Shown here: positions 49,276 to 57,245 of the stretch, in pieces | Position numbering within the stretch: the first letter of the stretch is position 1 | Layout of the letters: every line of letters starts with the position of its first letter | Source: a virus | Taxonomy: Duplodnaviria > Caudoviricetes | Reading direction: 5' to 3' (one strand) | DNA length: 58,916 bases | IMG/VR virus record: IMGVR_UViG_3300031227_000045 | Location: 1 to 58,916 of that record | The notes under the pieces: model-generated | What the model was told of the DNA's origin: nothing | Database searches by the model: none | The model's input: only the letters and a program-made list of their open reading frames with translations | Made by a program: the position numbers and the translations under genes

Positions 49276-49879
49276 TGATACCTGCCTCCTCTAATATAAC
49301 TAATATCGCTTGTTGTAATTTGATTCTATGATTTTTTGGTATGTGAACATCTTTTTTACACAGTAACCAATCTTTACGTAAAGTCACAGGTAGTTTTTCA
49401 TCTATAATATCTATCAACTCTTTATACATAAGTGTCTTAACAATATTATCGAAGTGTTTGGTTGATGATTCTTCCTCATCATTGATGCCCGATAAATCCA
49501 ATGGTTTCATTAGGTTCTTTTTAGCATCATTGCGCCTAACCCAATTTGTGTGCAATGGACAATCTTTAATGATATCATACACAGAGCATTCACCATTGAC
49601 AAGCTTGCTACATGAATCACATGGGGTATTAGGGCGTTCGAAATTATCTCGCTTAAAATTAAATAATCTATTATGAACATGAGTCCATAAAAAGTTTTCG
49701 AGTGGACGCTTGCCATCATATTTACCAGATGCCAAAGCTTTTATAGCCAATAGGCGTCCCTGTTGTTTCATATCGTCTATGTCATGATATCCAAAACGAA
49801 ACTTATATGCCAATCTATAAACTACTTTGTTAATGATTTGTACGACCTCATTCTCGGTCATTCCCTTGGGTATGTTCAT
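49250..49879 (-). CDS. phage sigma-factor-like protein
   Basis: Region-2-like DIDDMKQQGRL..KYD.KRPLENFL...V.NRL.N..R; Cys-rich insert; region-4-like IDEKLP..LR. Confidence 0.7.
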   Translation of the reverse strand: MNIPKGMTENEVVQIINKVVYRLAYKFRFGYHDIDDMKQQGRLLAIKALASGKYDGKRPLENFLWTHVHNRLFNFKRDNFERPNTPCDSCSKLVNGECSVYDIIKDCPLHTNWVRRNDAKKNLMKPLDLSGINDEEESSTKHFDNIVKTLMYKELIDIIDEKLPVTLRKDWLLCKKDVHIPKNHRIKLQQAILVILEEAGINAKEAWEI

Positions 49880-50000
49880 TAGCTTTTATGATTGCCTCTG
49901 CTTTTTCTGGTGATGGGTCTGGAACCTTTAACTCTTCAGCGACAGCCTTATTGAGCGAACCAGTGGATTGTATGATTACCTCGGATGGAACAAATGTCAT
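49848..50000 (-). CDS. 50-aa ORF MTFVPSEVIIQ... (not in the supplied track)
   Basis: GGAG SD upstream; overlaps the start of the sigma-like gene. Confidence 0.55.
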   Translation of the reverse strand: MTFVPSEVIIQSTGSLNKAVAEELKVPDPSPEKAEAIIKANEHTQGNDRE

Positions 50001-50019
50001 GATTTTCTCCAAAAAGTGG

Positions 50020-50048
50020 TTGACAGAATTATAAAACTAGCCTATAAT
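50020..50048 (+). promoter_or_regulatory. consensus sigma70 promoter
   Basis: TTGACA-17 nt-TATAAT. Confidence 0.9.
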
Positions 50049-50058
50049 AGTATACACT
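50049..50058 (-). promoter_or_regulatory. candidate late promoter AGTGTATACT facing the structural arm
   Basis: Motif copy in the divergent intergenic region. Confidence 0.45.
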
Positions 50059-50113
50059 GTAAGTGTGGCGTATGACACCAAGAAATGTGGATATTTCAAG
50101 AAATAGGAGCAAA

Positions 50114-50380
50114 ATGATGAATAAAATATGGTCAGACGTAGATAAACAGTTCGTTAAGGACAACGCTGGTAAGATGAAGGATAGTAAGATAGCAGAAGAA
50201 TTGACTAAGCGTAACAATAGAAAGGTCAGTTTACAAGCTGTACGTAAACAACGCCAAAAGCTAGGTTTAAACAAAAAACCTGGCAGAGGTATATGTGCGC
50301 TAGTAGAGCAGGAAAAAATTCAACAACCAATGGCGGCACCAACCCCATCATCGGGTGTCCCCGCTAATGTAGCTTTATAA
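50114..50380 (+). CDS. small HTH (Myb/GcrA-like) DNA-binding protein
   Basis: WS..D..F......D.KIAEEL.....SLQAVRKQRQKLGL; AGGAG SD before ATG 50114. Confidence 0.65.
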   Translation: MMNKIWSDVDKQFVKDNAGKMKDSKIAEELTKRNNRKVSLQAVRKQRQKLGLNKKPGRGICALVEQEKIQQPMAAPTPSSGVPANVAL

Positions 50381-50391
50381 GGAGGCTTAAA

Positions 50392-50874
50392 ATGAAGACT
50401 AAAGTACTGAGTATAGTTAGTCTGATATTCTTGTGTGGGTGTTTATTAACATCAGAGACTATGGGACAAGAACGCATACCTTACCATCCATATGTTCATT
50501 CACCTAATTTGTCTAAGATTATACCACAAATGGTACAGTATAACGTAACATTATACACAGACCATAAGGACACTAATGGTATTTCCTTTCTGCAACACAT
50601 ACGTATCTATGCGAATCCAGAATCAACATTAGCCTATCGTGCCGTGTACAAAGATGTGTTCAACACTCTGGTTGTGATACCTTTAGAAACCGGTGGGGTG
50701 CTGTTCGTTCCCCAACCATCTATTAAGGGAATTAAGATTGTCCACTCTCCCAAAAAGCAAAAAACCACGCTAAGCATGACGAAACCCACAAATTATTTGA
50801 CAGAAATTCCAAATGGTCCAACAGTTCGGCTTGACAAACTGCCGACTTATGATATAATGCCGATGCCGCAGTAG
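50392..50874 (+). CDS. exported/membrane-anchored hypothetical protein
   Basis: MKTK followed by a hydrophobic stretch ending FLCGC (signal peptide or atypical lipobox); AAGGAGG SD. Confidence 0.55.
   Translation: MKTKVLSIVSLIFLCGCLLTSETMGQERIPYHPYVHSPNLSKIIPQMVQYNVTLYTDHKDTNGISFLQHIRIYANPESTLAYRAVYKDVFNTLVVIPLETGGVLFVPQPSIKGIKIVHSPKKQKTTLSMTKPTNYLTEIPNGPTVRLDKLPTYDIMPMPQ
50831..50858 (+). promoter_or_regulatory. sigma70 promoter with extended -10 upstream of NAMPT
   Basis: TTGACA-16 nt-TATAAT with TGn, embedded in the upstream CDS. Confidence 0.8.
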
Positions 50875-50919
50875 GATGGCGAGGTTTCAAAGACATTTTC
50901 AAATTTTGAGGAGTAAGGT

Positions 50920-52344
50920 ATGATACTAGGTTATAATGAGAACATTATGCTGTTGACTGACTCGTACAAGACAAGTCACTACAAACAATATCCCCCAAAG
51001 ACAACCAATGTCTATTCTTATTTTGAGAGTAGGGGCGCCCCTTATGATATTTGTTTCTTCGGTTTACAATACATCCTTGAGCGATATTTAGCTGGCGTAC
51101 AAGTTACACCTGATAAAATACGACAAGCTAGAGACCTTGTTAATGAACACATGGGCGGCGATGTTTTCAATACTGATGGTTGGAACTATATTCTCCACAA
51201 CTATCAAGGACGCTTACCCGTGCGCATTAAAGCAGTTCCCGAAGGTACTGTGGTTTCCCCACACAATGTTCTGATGACTATTGAGAACACTGACCCAAAT
51301 TGCTACTGGCTGACTAACTATCTTGAAACACTCTTAGTTCAAGCATGGTATCCTACTACGGTAGCCTCTCAAAGTCGCGCCATGAAACAAATCATACAAA
51401 GACACGCCGATGTAACCAGCGAAGACACAAATGTAGATTTTAAACTTCATGACTTTGGTTTTCGGGGTTCTACCTCTGTTGAGAGCGCTGCATTGGGTGG
51501 GGCCGCACACCTTTTAAACTTCAGGGGCACTGATACAATAGCCGCCCTCTCATTACTAAAGCAGTATTATGGAGCAGATGATGTAGCGGGATTTTCTATT
51601 CCAGCATCGGAACACAGCACTATGACGGCGTGGGGTCAGGACCGTGAACTTGATGCCATGCGCAATATGCTTGAACAGTATCCTACTGGTCTAGTTGCAT
51701 GTGTTAGTGATTCATTTGATATTTATCAAGCATGTGAAAAATACTGGGGCACATTACTAAAAGACCGAGTATTGGCGCGAGATGGTATATTAGTAGTGCG
51801 TCCTGATAGCGGTGACCCACCAACAGTAGTCAGAAAGGTTTTAACAATCCTTGGTAAACAATTTGGATATACTGTTAATAGTAAGGGGTATAAAGTACTA
51901 AATCCCAAGGTAAGAGTTATCCAAGGTGACGGTATTGACATTAAAATGTTAAAGGAAATTCTTTATCATATACAAGTAACAGGTCAGTGGGCCTCAGAGA
52001 ATGTTGCATTTGGGTCTGGTGGTGGTTTATTACAAAAGGTTGATAAAGACACTTGTAAATTTGCCTTTAAGTGTTCTAGCGTGGTTGTAGATGGCGAAAA
52101 AAGAGATGTTTGGAAAAAGCCCATAACTGACTCTGGTAAGGACAGTAAAAGAGGGCGATTGTCATTAATTCGCAGTGATGCTAATTTTATTAGGCGTCAT
52201 AAAGATGAATTTATAACTGTAGCAGAAAATCGTAATAAAAACTACGATGAACTTCAAACTGTCTTTCTGAATGGAGCAATAGTAAGAAGAGATTCTTTGA
52301 CAGCTATTAGAAAGAGAGTAACTAGCCCACCAGTCGGTGTATAG
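50920..52344 (+). CDS. nadV: nicotinamide phosphoribosyltransferase (NAMPT)
   Basis: TDSYKTSH, YFESRG, LHDFGFRG, IPASEHS, VRPDSGDP, IQGDG, FGSGGGLLQK. Confidence 0.95.
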   Translation: MILGYNENIMLLTDSYKTSHYKQYPPKTTNVYSYFESRGAPYDICFFGLQYILERYLAGVQVTPDKIRQARDLVNEHMGGDVFNTDGWNYILHNYQGRLPVRIKAVPEGTVVSPHNVLMTIENTDPNCYWLTNYLETLLVQAWYPTTVASQSRAMKQIIQRHADVTSEDTNVDFKLHDFGFRGSTSVESAALGGAAHLLNFRGTDTIAALSLLKQYYGADDVAGFSIPASEHSTMTAWGQDRELDAMRNMLEQYPTGLVACVSDSFDIYQACEKYWGTLLKDRVLARDGILVVRPDSGDPPTVVRKVLTILGKQFGYTVNSKGYKVLNPKVRVIQGDGIDIKMLKEILYHIQVTGQWASENVAFGSGGGLLQKVDKDTCKFAFKCSSVVVDGEKRDVWKKPITDSGKDSKRGRLSLIRSDANFIRRHKDEFITVAENRNKNYDELQTVFLNGAIVRRDSLTAIRKRVTSPPVGV

Positions 52345-52522
52345 TAATGTGGTGGGACGCACTTTTTGTTGCCCCTTAACTATTCTAGGTTTTAAGAAAA
52401 GGAGGAGACACTCGATGTACTTCACTTCAATTCTAGCATAGGGAGGGGGTGGTCATATCTCGGTGTGTCTTGCCGTATCATAGACAACATGAGGGTCGCA
52501 TCAATTGGTGCGACCCTCTTTA
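52336..52522 (+). ncRNA. putative small structured RNA carrying an 8-codon ORF (52415-52441, MYFTSILA)
   Basis: GGTGTATAGT motif, AAAGGAGG SD, micro-ORF, second extended SD-like tract, and terminator hairpin. Confidence 0.45.
52491..52522 (+). terminator. intrinsic terminator-like hairpin
   Basis: GAGGGTCGCA..TGCGACCCTC 10-bp stem followed by TTTA (short T-tract). Confidence 0.7.
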
Positions 52523-52542
52523 TATTGAAAGGAATACTTAAA

Positions 52543-52929
52543 ATGTGTTTGGTTAAAAGTAAGGTTCATACTAAAGAATTTCGTAAAGAAGCACCTAAAA
52601 TTGTTACTGTATGGAAAGTTCTATTGGTAAGGAATGATAGGTGGTTTAGTCCATATAGATGTACGGATAATGCTATTAAACCAGGCGAGTGGTTACTTTC
52701 TAATAGACGCTGGTATCACCGCTGGCAAGAACGATTAGGAACAGTCCATAATGGAATTCATGTTTATCTAGACGAAAACTGGGCTAGGTGTTATGCTATT
52801 GGTAATTCTACAAACCTAATTCTTGTAGAATGTACCGCCAGAAGAAAAGATTTTGTTAGTTGTTGTTATTCCAAACGACATGCAGTTTTTACTAAGATTC
52901 TTATACCAAAGCAACCAGACTGGCAGTAA
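52543..52929 (+). CDS. hypothetical protein, paralogue of the next gene
   Basis: MCL..IVTVWKV..SPY..SNRRWY..GIHVYLD..HAVFTKI shared with 52963..53367; start at ATG 52543 after AAGGA. Confidence 0.75.
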   Translation: MCLVKSKVHTKEFRKEAPKIVTVWKVLLVRNDRWFSPYRCTDNAIKPGEWLLSNRRWYHRWQERLGTVHNGIHVYLDENWARCYAIGNSTNLILVECTARRKDFVSCCYSKRHAVFTKILIPKQPDWQ

Positions 52930-52962
52930 CTAGAAAAGAAGATACAAAAAGGATAACAAAAT

Positions 52963-53367
52963 ATGTGTTTAATCGCTGAACCTGTTAATACTCAACGTCT
53001 ATTAGAAAAATTACATCCAATTGTTACAGTATGGAAAGTAGTAAAAAGAATACCCAATAGTATACAATCACCACATTATTACACACCATATTATTGCAAA
53101 CGAATTAAACAAAAGGGTTGGATGCGCTCTAATAGAAGGTGGTACACACCTACTATAGAAAGATTTTTTTCACTTCCTCACCCATACTATAGTGTACGCA
53201 AAGGCATTCATGTGTATTTAGACAAACGCACAGCAGTTGGAATGAGTCATATACTTCAAGGTGATGTAGTAAGATGTAGAGCCTTAAGAAGTGATTTAGT
53301 TGCTTGTGATGGATTACAAAGCCATGCTGTATTTACTAAGATTTATGTACCAAAGTTAGACATATGA
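52963..53367 (+). CDS. hypothetical protein, paralogue of the previous gene
   Basis: Same motif series; AAGGA SD. Confidence 0.75.
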   Translation: MCLIAEPVNTQRLLEKLHPIVTVWKVVKRIPNSIQSPHYYTPYYCKRIKQKGWMRSNRRWYTPTIERFFSLPHPYYSVRKGIHVYLDKRTAVGMSHILQGDVVRCRALRSDLVACDGLQSHAVFTKIYVPKLDI

Positions 53368-53888
53368 ACAATATAGCAGAACATATAATTGTCGTTAACC
53401 ATGCTTTAAAAAATAACCTACCTATTTACTGGCATCAAGACGATAACTTTCAATGTGAGTTCGATGACATCTTTGATAACCAACAATTAGACATAGTTAA
53501 TGAGCCTATTCCTCTTACATATCCAAGTGTATTACCAGGAATAAACAAGGTAATGTTCAAACCCTCTATAATTTGTCGCGCAGAAGAAATGTCACAACAA
53601 CTTAATGTGGGCGAATGTATGGGGGTTGAAATGGATAGTATTGGGGTAAAGGATGATGGACTGCCTTTGTTCTTGAGTGTGCGCAATAGACAGGAGATAA
53701 TTGAGGGGCGCAGGAAATGGGGCGAGAGAATCACATATTATAATAGGTCTGTATGGGGCTACCATAGGAAGGACGGGGTCGTAGAAGGGGTTATAAACTT
53801 TCTTCTGTTCGTTATGTGTGGTCAAATTAATACCTCAACGTATAATGGCTTTTTAGCTCAGCGTTTTAGTGGGGCCGTTAATGTATAA
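53364..53888 (+). CDS. hypothetical protein
   Basis: ATGA coupling; 174 aa. Confidence 0.6.
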   Translation: MNNIAEHIIVVNHALKNNLPIYWHQDDNFQCEFDDIFDNQQLDIVNEPIPLTYPSVLPGINKVMFKPSIICRAEEMSQQLNVGECMGVEMDSIGVKDDGLPLFLSVRNRQEIIEGRRKWGERITYYNRSVWGYHRKDGVVEGVINFLLFVMCGQINTSTYNGFLAQRFSGAVNV

Positions 53889-54303
53889 ACACCAACACGC
53901 CAATACAACGATTTGCGGGCCTATAGCCTTGGCTAACCTACAGATATGGGAGGGAGGCACCACCTATACCTTGAAACAACTCAAGCAAATGTGTCATTGT
54001 ACTAATGGGAGGGGCTCTCCTATGATTTGGTTTGCAAGGAGTCTTTGTGAGATGGGTAGTACATACGGGTGGCAAATAGAGGCCGTGAATCGTTTAGAAT
54101 TGGTTGTGGCGCAAGATACAATAATGGTCGGGCATTTTCGCAATGAAGAATTTCCGCGCGGGCATTATATGTTAATCACAGGTGGTCACGGTAGTGTTTT
54201 TTGCTGCATAAATTGGAGGAGGAGAGTAGAGCATGTGGCTTTGGAGGAGCTGTTGAAACTAAACATTTCGAAGACGTGGATTGTGAGGAAAGGTGTTAAA
54301 TAA
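53881..54303 (+). CDS. papain-fold (C39-like) cysteine peptidase
   Basis: Q....CGPIALAN, GHYMLI, and a downstream Asn (INW) giving a Cys-His-Asn triad pattern. Confidence 0.6.
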   Translation: MYKHQHANTTICGPIALANLQIWEGGTTYTLKQLKQMCHCTNGRGSPMIWFARSLCEMGSTYGWQIEAVNRLELVVAQDTIMVGHFRNEEFPRGHYMLITGGHGSVFCCINWRRRVEHVALEELLKLNISKTWIVRKGVK

Positions 54304-54374
54304 AAGTGACTGTTTGTTAATATGGTGTATTTGATAAAGGTGGTATATTTCACATTTTTGAATGAGGCGTAGAT

Positions 54375-55790
54375 ATGGGAAGACCAGCAGGTTCTTTAGA
54401 TAAGAAAAGACGTAAAACTAAAACACAATGGACTACTAGTGAAGTAGAGTTGCTTAAACAAAACTTATGTGATTTAACAATAGTAGAATTAGCAATATTA
54501 TTACATAAGTCTAAAAGTTCCATACGTAATAAATTAAAACAATTAAGGCTAATTAAACCTAACATTTTAAAAACATGTACTTTAGATAAATCTATAGAAT
54601 GGTCTTTTGCTGGTGTTTATGGTTTATTAAACATTAAAACTAATTGTATCTATATAGGTAGTAGTGCGAATATTGCTAATAGAATACAAAATCATTTAAG
54701 TCGCTTAAGGGTTGATTCACATTGTACTAAAAAACTACAATCTAATTGGAATAAATCAGATTTTGTAGTTGCGTTATTATTTGTGTGTGATAAATACAAA
54801 ACTGAGTTATATGAACAAAGATTTACAAGGTCGTGGCCTGAAGACAAATTGTATAATTCTCCCCCGATACAACATACTAAATTACGTTTACTACCACTAG
54901 AGAGACAAAAGATATTAGATTTAATAGATAAAAAAGGGGACGATGAATGTTGGAATTGGAAAGGGCCATTAGATAGTAATGGCAAATATGGCAGAATAAG
55001 GTTTGACAATAAGCAGTATACGCCTCATCGCCTGGCAGTGTTTTTAGATGGACGAGACCCATTTGGTTATGCAGTTTGTCATTTATGTAATAACCCATTA
55101 TGTTGTAACCCCAAACATTTGCAACTAGGAACCGCTATAATTAATAATGGGCATAAACCCCACCCTTTGGATATCTATAAAGATGAAATGATTAAATTAT
55201 ACAATAGTGGTATGACTTACAATAGTCTAGGTAAAAAATACAATAGAGACGGTGTAAGTATTAAAAGGTATTTACAACAACATGTTACATTAAGGCCCGC
55301 ACAACGCAAGAGGACATATGTAGCCTTTGGAGAGTATAAATCTTTATCCGAGTGGGTTTTAGATAACAGGTGTATTATTACACTATTTAGACTAAAACAA
55401 AGAGTCAAAACAACAAACTTAAATGATAATAATATTGAAAAAATTATTACAACCCCATTCATAAGAAAAACCCCGTTTTCTACAAAAACATTTGAAGCTT
55501 TTGGAGAACAAAAAACAGTGCGAGAATGGCTATTAGATAAAAGATGTGTAGCATCAGAATCAACCCTAAAGGTTAGGTTATTTACTATTGGTTATGATGT
55601 AGAAAAAGCTTTAACAATCCCATCTAAACCTGTATTTAAAATATCTCAATTAGAATATCCTAAGATTATTGAAGCGGCTGCAAAAGGTGAAACATACAAA
55701 ACTATTGCCGAAAGATACAATGTTTCTATAACAACGATTAGACTCATTTGTGTCTATAGATATTCATCGGATGTGTATACATTGCCGTAA
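54375..55790 (+). CDS. multidomain endonuclease: HTH + GIY-YIG + HNH + DNA-binding repeats
   Basis: GVYGLLN....IYIGSS..R..H; CWNWKG..YGRI..HRL..VCHLCNNPLCCNPKHL; AFGE.K...EW..D.RC twice. Confidence 0.85.
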   Translation: MGRPAGSLDKKRRKTKTQWTTSEVELLKQNLCDLTIVELAILLHKSKSSIRNKLKQLRLIKPNILKTCTLDKSIEWSFAGVYGLLNIKTNCIYIGSSANIANRIQNHLSRLRVDSHCTKKLQSNWNKSDFVVALLFVCDKYKTELYEQRFTRSWPEDKLYNSPPIQHTKLRLLPLERQKILDLIDKKGDDECWNWKGPLDSNGKYGRIRFDNKQYTPHRLAVFLDGRDPFGYAVCHLCNNPLCCNPKHLQLGTAIINNGHKPHPLDIYKDEMIKLYNSGMTYNSLGKKYNRDGVSIKRYLQQHVTLRPAQRKRTYVAFGEYKSLSEWVLDNRCIITLFRLKQRVKTTNLNDNNIEKIITTPFIRKTPFSTKTFEAFGEQKTVREWLLDKRCVASESTLKVRLFTIGYDVEKALTIPSKPVFKISQLEYPKIIEAAAKGETYKTIAERYNVSITTIRLICVYRYSSDVYTLP

Positions 55791-55920
55791 AAGTGGCCAT
55801 TTCAATAAATAGGTGGGGGTATTTATGATAAATGAGGCTCACCACTTAGCCTGAACCCCTGCCAGAAATCTTACCTAAAGTACCTACCCTTTTTACATTG
55901 AAAAAACCCCCTGGGTTCAT

Positions 55921-55964
55921 CGGGTACAGCGAGTGTGCTTCGGGTACAGCGAGTGTGCTTCGGG
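55921..55964. repeat. 20-bp tandem repeat (CGGGTACAGCGAGTGTGCTT) x2.2
   Basis: Exact copies; flanked by inverted GGGTTC (55913) and GAACCC (55965). Confidence 0.9.
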
Positions 55965-56210
55965 GAACCCCTTGACAATCCCCTCAATCTACTGTATGTC
56001 AACCATGCAAACCGGCACCGATTATCCCCCTCGAATAGAAAATAAAGTATTTTCAATCGACGTAACCTATTGCTATCAAAGGGATTACATCGGGGGGTGT
56101 GGCCCAATTCACAATGGGTACAATGGGGTATTTTTCGACGTAAATTGTTGGTGTGTAACTACTTAAGTATTACCCCACCTTTGGTGGTAAACTGTAGGGT
56201 AGAGGGACAC

Positions 56211-56351
56211 ATGAAACACAAACAACAACGCCCCGACGGTAGCAAACGGCCCCGACGTAACGGGGAACGGGGTATTGCAAGGCAAAGCTATTATGCAAAG
56301 TATCGGGCAAAAAGGTTTGCGGCCCGATTCTTCCCTTCTGAAAAGGAGTAG
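56211..56351 (+). CDS. 46-aa highly basic peptide
   Basis: AGAGGGA SD; candidate extended -10 TGGTAAACT at 56185-56193; its end contains the SD of the next gene. Confidence 0.55.
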   Translation: MKHKQQRPDGSKRPRRNGERGIARQSYYAKYRAKRFAARFFPSEKE

Positions 56352-56356
56352 CGACA

Positions 56357-56626
56357 ATGGGAGCCCTGCCACTTAGCTTGAAACGTTTCGAGGGAGCGAC
56401 GCCGGGTTGTATCGCGTTCAGCCATAGGGACAAGAACGGCACCGTTACCTACCACAGTTGGAGTCTGAACCATGAGGGGGCCAGGGTATACCTCCGGCGT
56501 GGGGTGCTGGTCGTCAAGGGATACGACTACAATGCCCCCGCCCGCTACGGGTGTGGTTTGGGCGATTGGAGAACCCTTGAGCTAGCCCGCATGTTCACCC
56601 GACATTCTGACATAGTGGTCGGATGA
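56357..56626 (+). CDS. hypothetical protein (89 aa)
   Basis: AAGGAG SD. Confidence 0.65.
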   Translation: MGALPLSLKRFEGATPGCIAFSHRDKNGTVTYHSWSLNHEGARVYLRRGVLVVKGYDYNAPARYGCGLGDWRTLELARMFTRHSDIVVG

Positions 56627-56634
56627 TAACCAGG

Positions 56635-56695
56635 GGCTCCCCTCGCAAGAGGGGAGTCGCCGCCTGCCCCCTCGCTGGAGGGGGTGGGTGGCGGC
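56635..56695 (+). other. intergenic double-hairpin element, copy 1
   Basis: GGCTCCCCTC-GCAA-GAGGGGAGTC immediately followed by GCCGCCTGCCCCCTC-GCTG-GAGGGGGTGGGTGGCGGC. Confidence 0.8.
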
Positions 56696-56726
56696 TAACT
56701 ACAATCCTCTTTTTTGGAGAGTCGGA

Positions 56727-56939
56727 ATGCATTACAGCCCCTATGAGACAAGTTTGTTTATCGCCATGTTGGACCAAGCACCCATTCGCGTCAACGGATT
56801 CACCCCAGCGAGGGACTGGATTCGTATTATGGCAGTCGTCTTAAAGCTGGAAGTTAAAAAGGACGGCCTTGGTGAGTTAATTGCCACAGTCGAGGACAAC
56901 AAGGGTTGTGTTCTGGTTGTCGAAATAGCCGATGGTTAA
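56727..56939 (+). CDS. hypothetical protein (70 aa)
   Basis: GGAG SD before ATG 56727. Confidence 0.6.
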   Translation: MHYSPYETSLFIAMLDQAPIRVNGFTPARDWIRIMAVVLKLEVKKDGLGELIATVEDNKGCVLVVEIADG

Positions 56940-56948
56940 CCAGCACCA

Positions 56949-57009
56949 GGCTCCCCTTCGTAAGAGGGGGAGTCGCCGCCTGCCCCCTGCTAAGGGGGTA
57001 GACGGCGGC
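56949..57009 (+). other. intergenic double-hairpin element, copy 2
   Basis: GGCTCCCCTTC-GTAA-GAGGGGGAGTC followed by GCCGCCTGCCCCCT-GCTA-AGGGGGTAGACGGCGGC. Confidence 0.8.
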
Positions 57010-57041
57010 TGAAACCCTTACTTTTACTTGGAGTGGTTACC

Positions 57042-57236
57042 ATGCAAACAATGAATCTCAGCTTGCAAGTGGTTACAAGAGACGGAGAAACGGTCGTCAA
57101 GGCTAGAGTCGGACGTGGTATGTCAGTCATGGAAAAAGACTTCTCGATTGTGGAGTGGAAAAGTCTGGCTAGTGACATTGCACAAGAGATTAGAGAGATT
57201 GAATTGGCACAATGGGCGGAGTGTTTCTGCCCCTAG
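57042..57236 (+). CDS. hypothetical protein (64 aa)
   Basis: GGAG SD before ATG 57042; followed by a terminator. Confidence 0.6.
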   Translation: MQTMNLSLQVVTRDGETVVKARVGRGMSVMEKDFSIVEWKSLASDIAQEIREIELAQWAECFCP

Positions 57237-57245
57237 GGTAGCGTA

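Noticed and set aside
9836-49719. Numerous 60-150-aa ORFs antisense to or overlapping structural genes
   Set aside because: Shadow ORFs with no motifs or ribosome-binding sites.
52345-52520. tRNA or tmRNA in intergenic gaps
   Set aside because: No cloverleaf, T-loop GTTCRA or CCA acceptor pattern seen here or in the other gaps.
1-55790. Stop-codon reassignment
   Set aside because: The standard code gives dense, coupled full-length genes, with TAA, TAG and TGA all used as stops.
56627-57010. Canonical integron attC sites (TAAC follows the stop codons before hairpin copies 1 and 2)
   Set aside because: No matching GTTRRRY at the far end, two separate hairpins rather than one long palindrome, and no integrase in the window.
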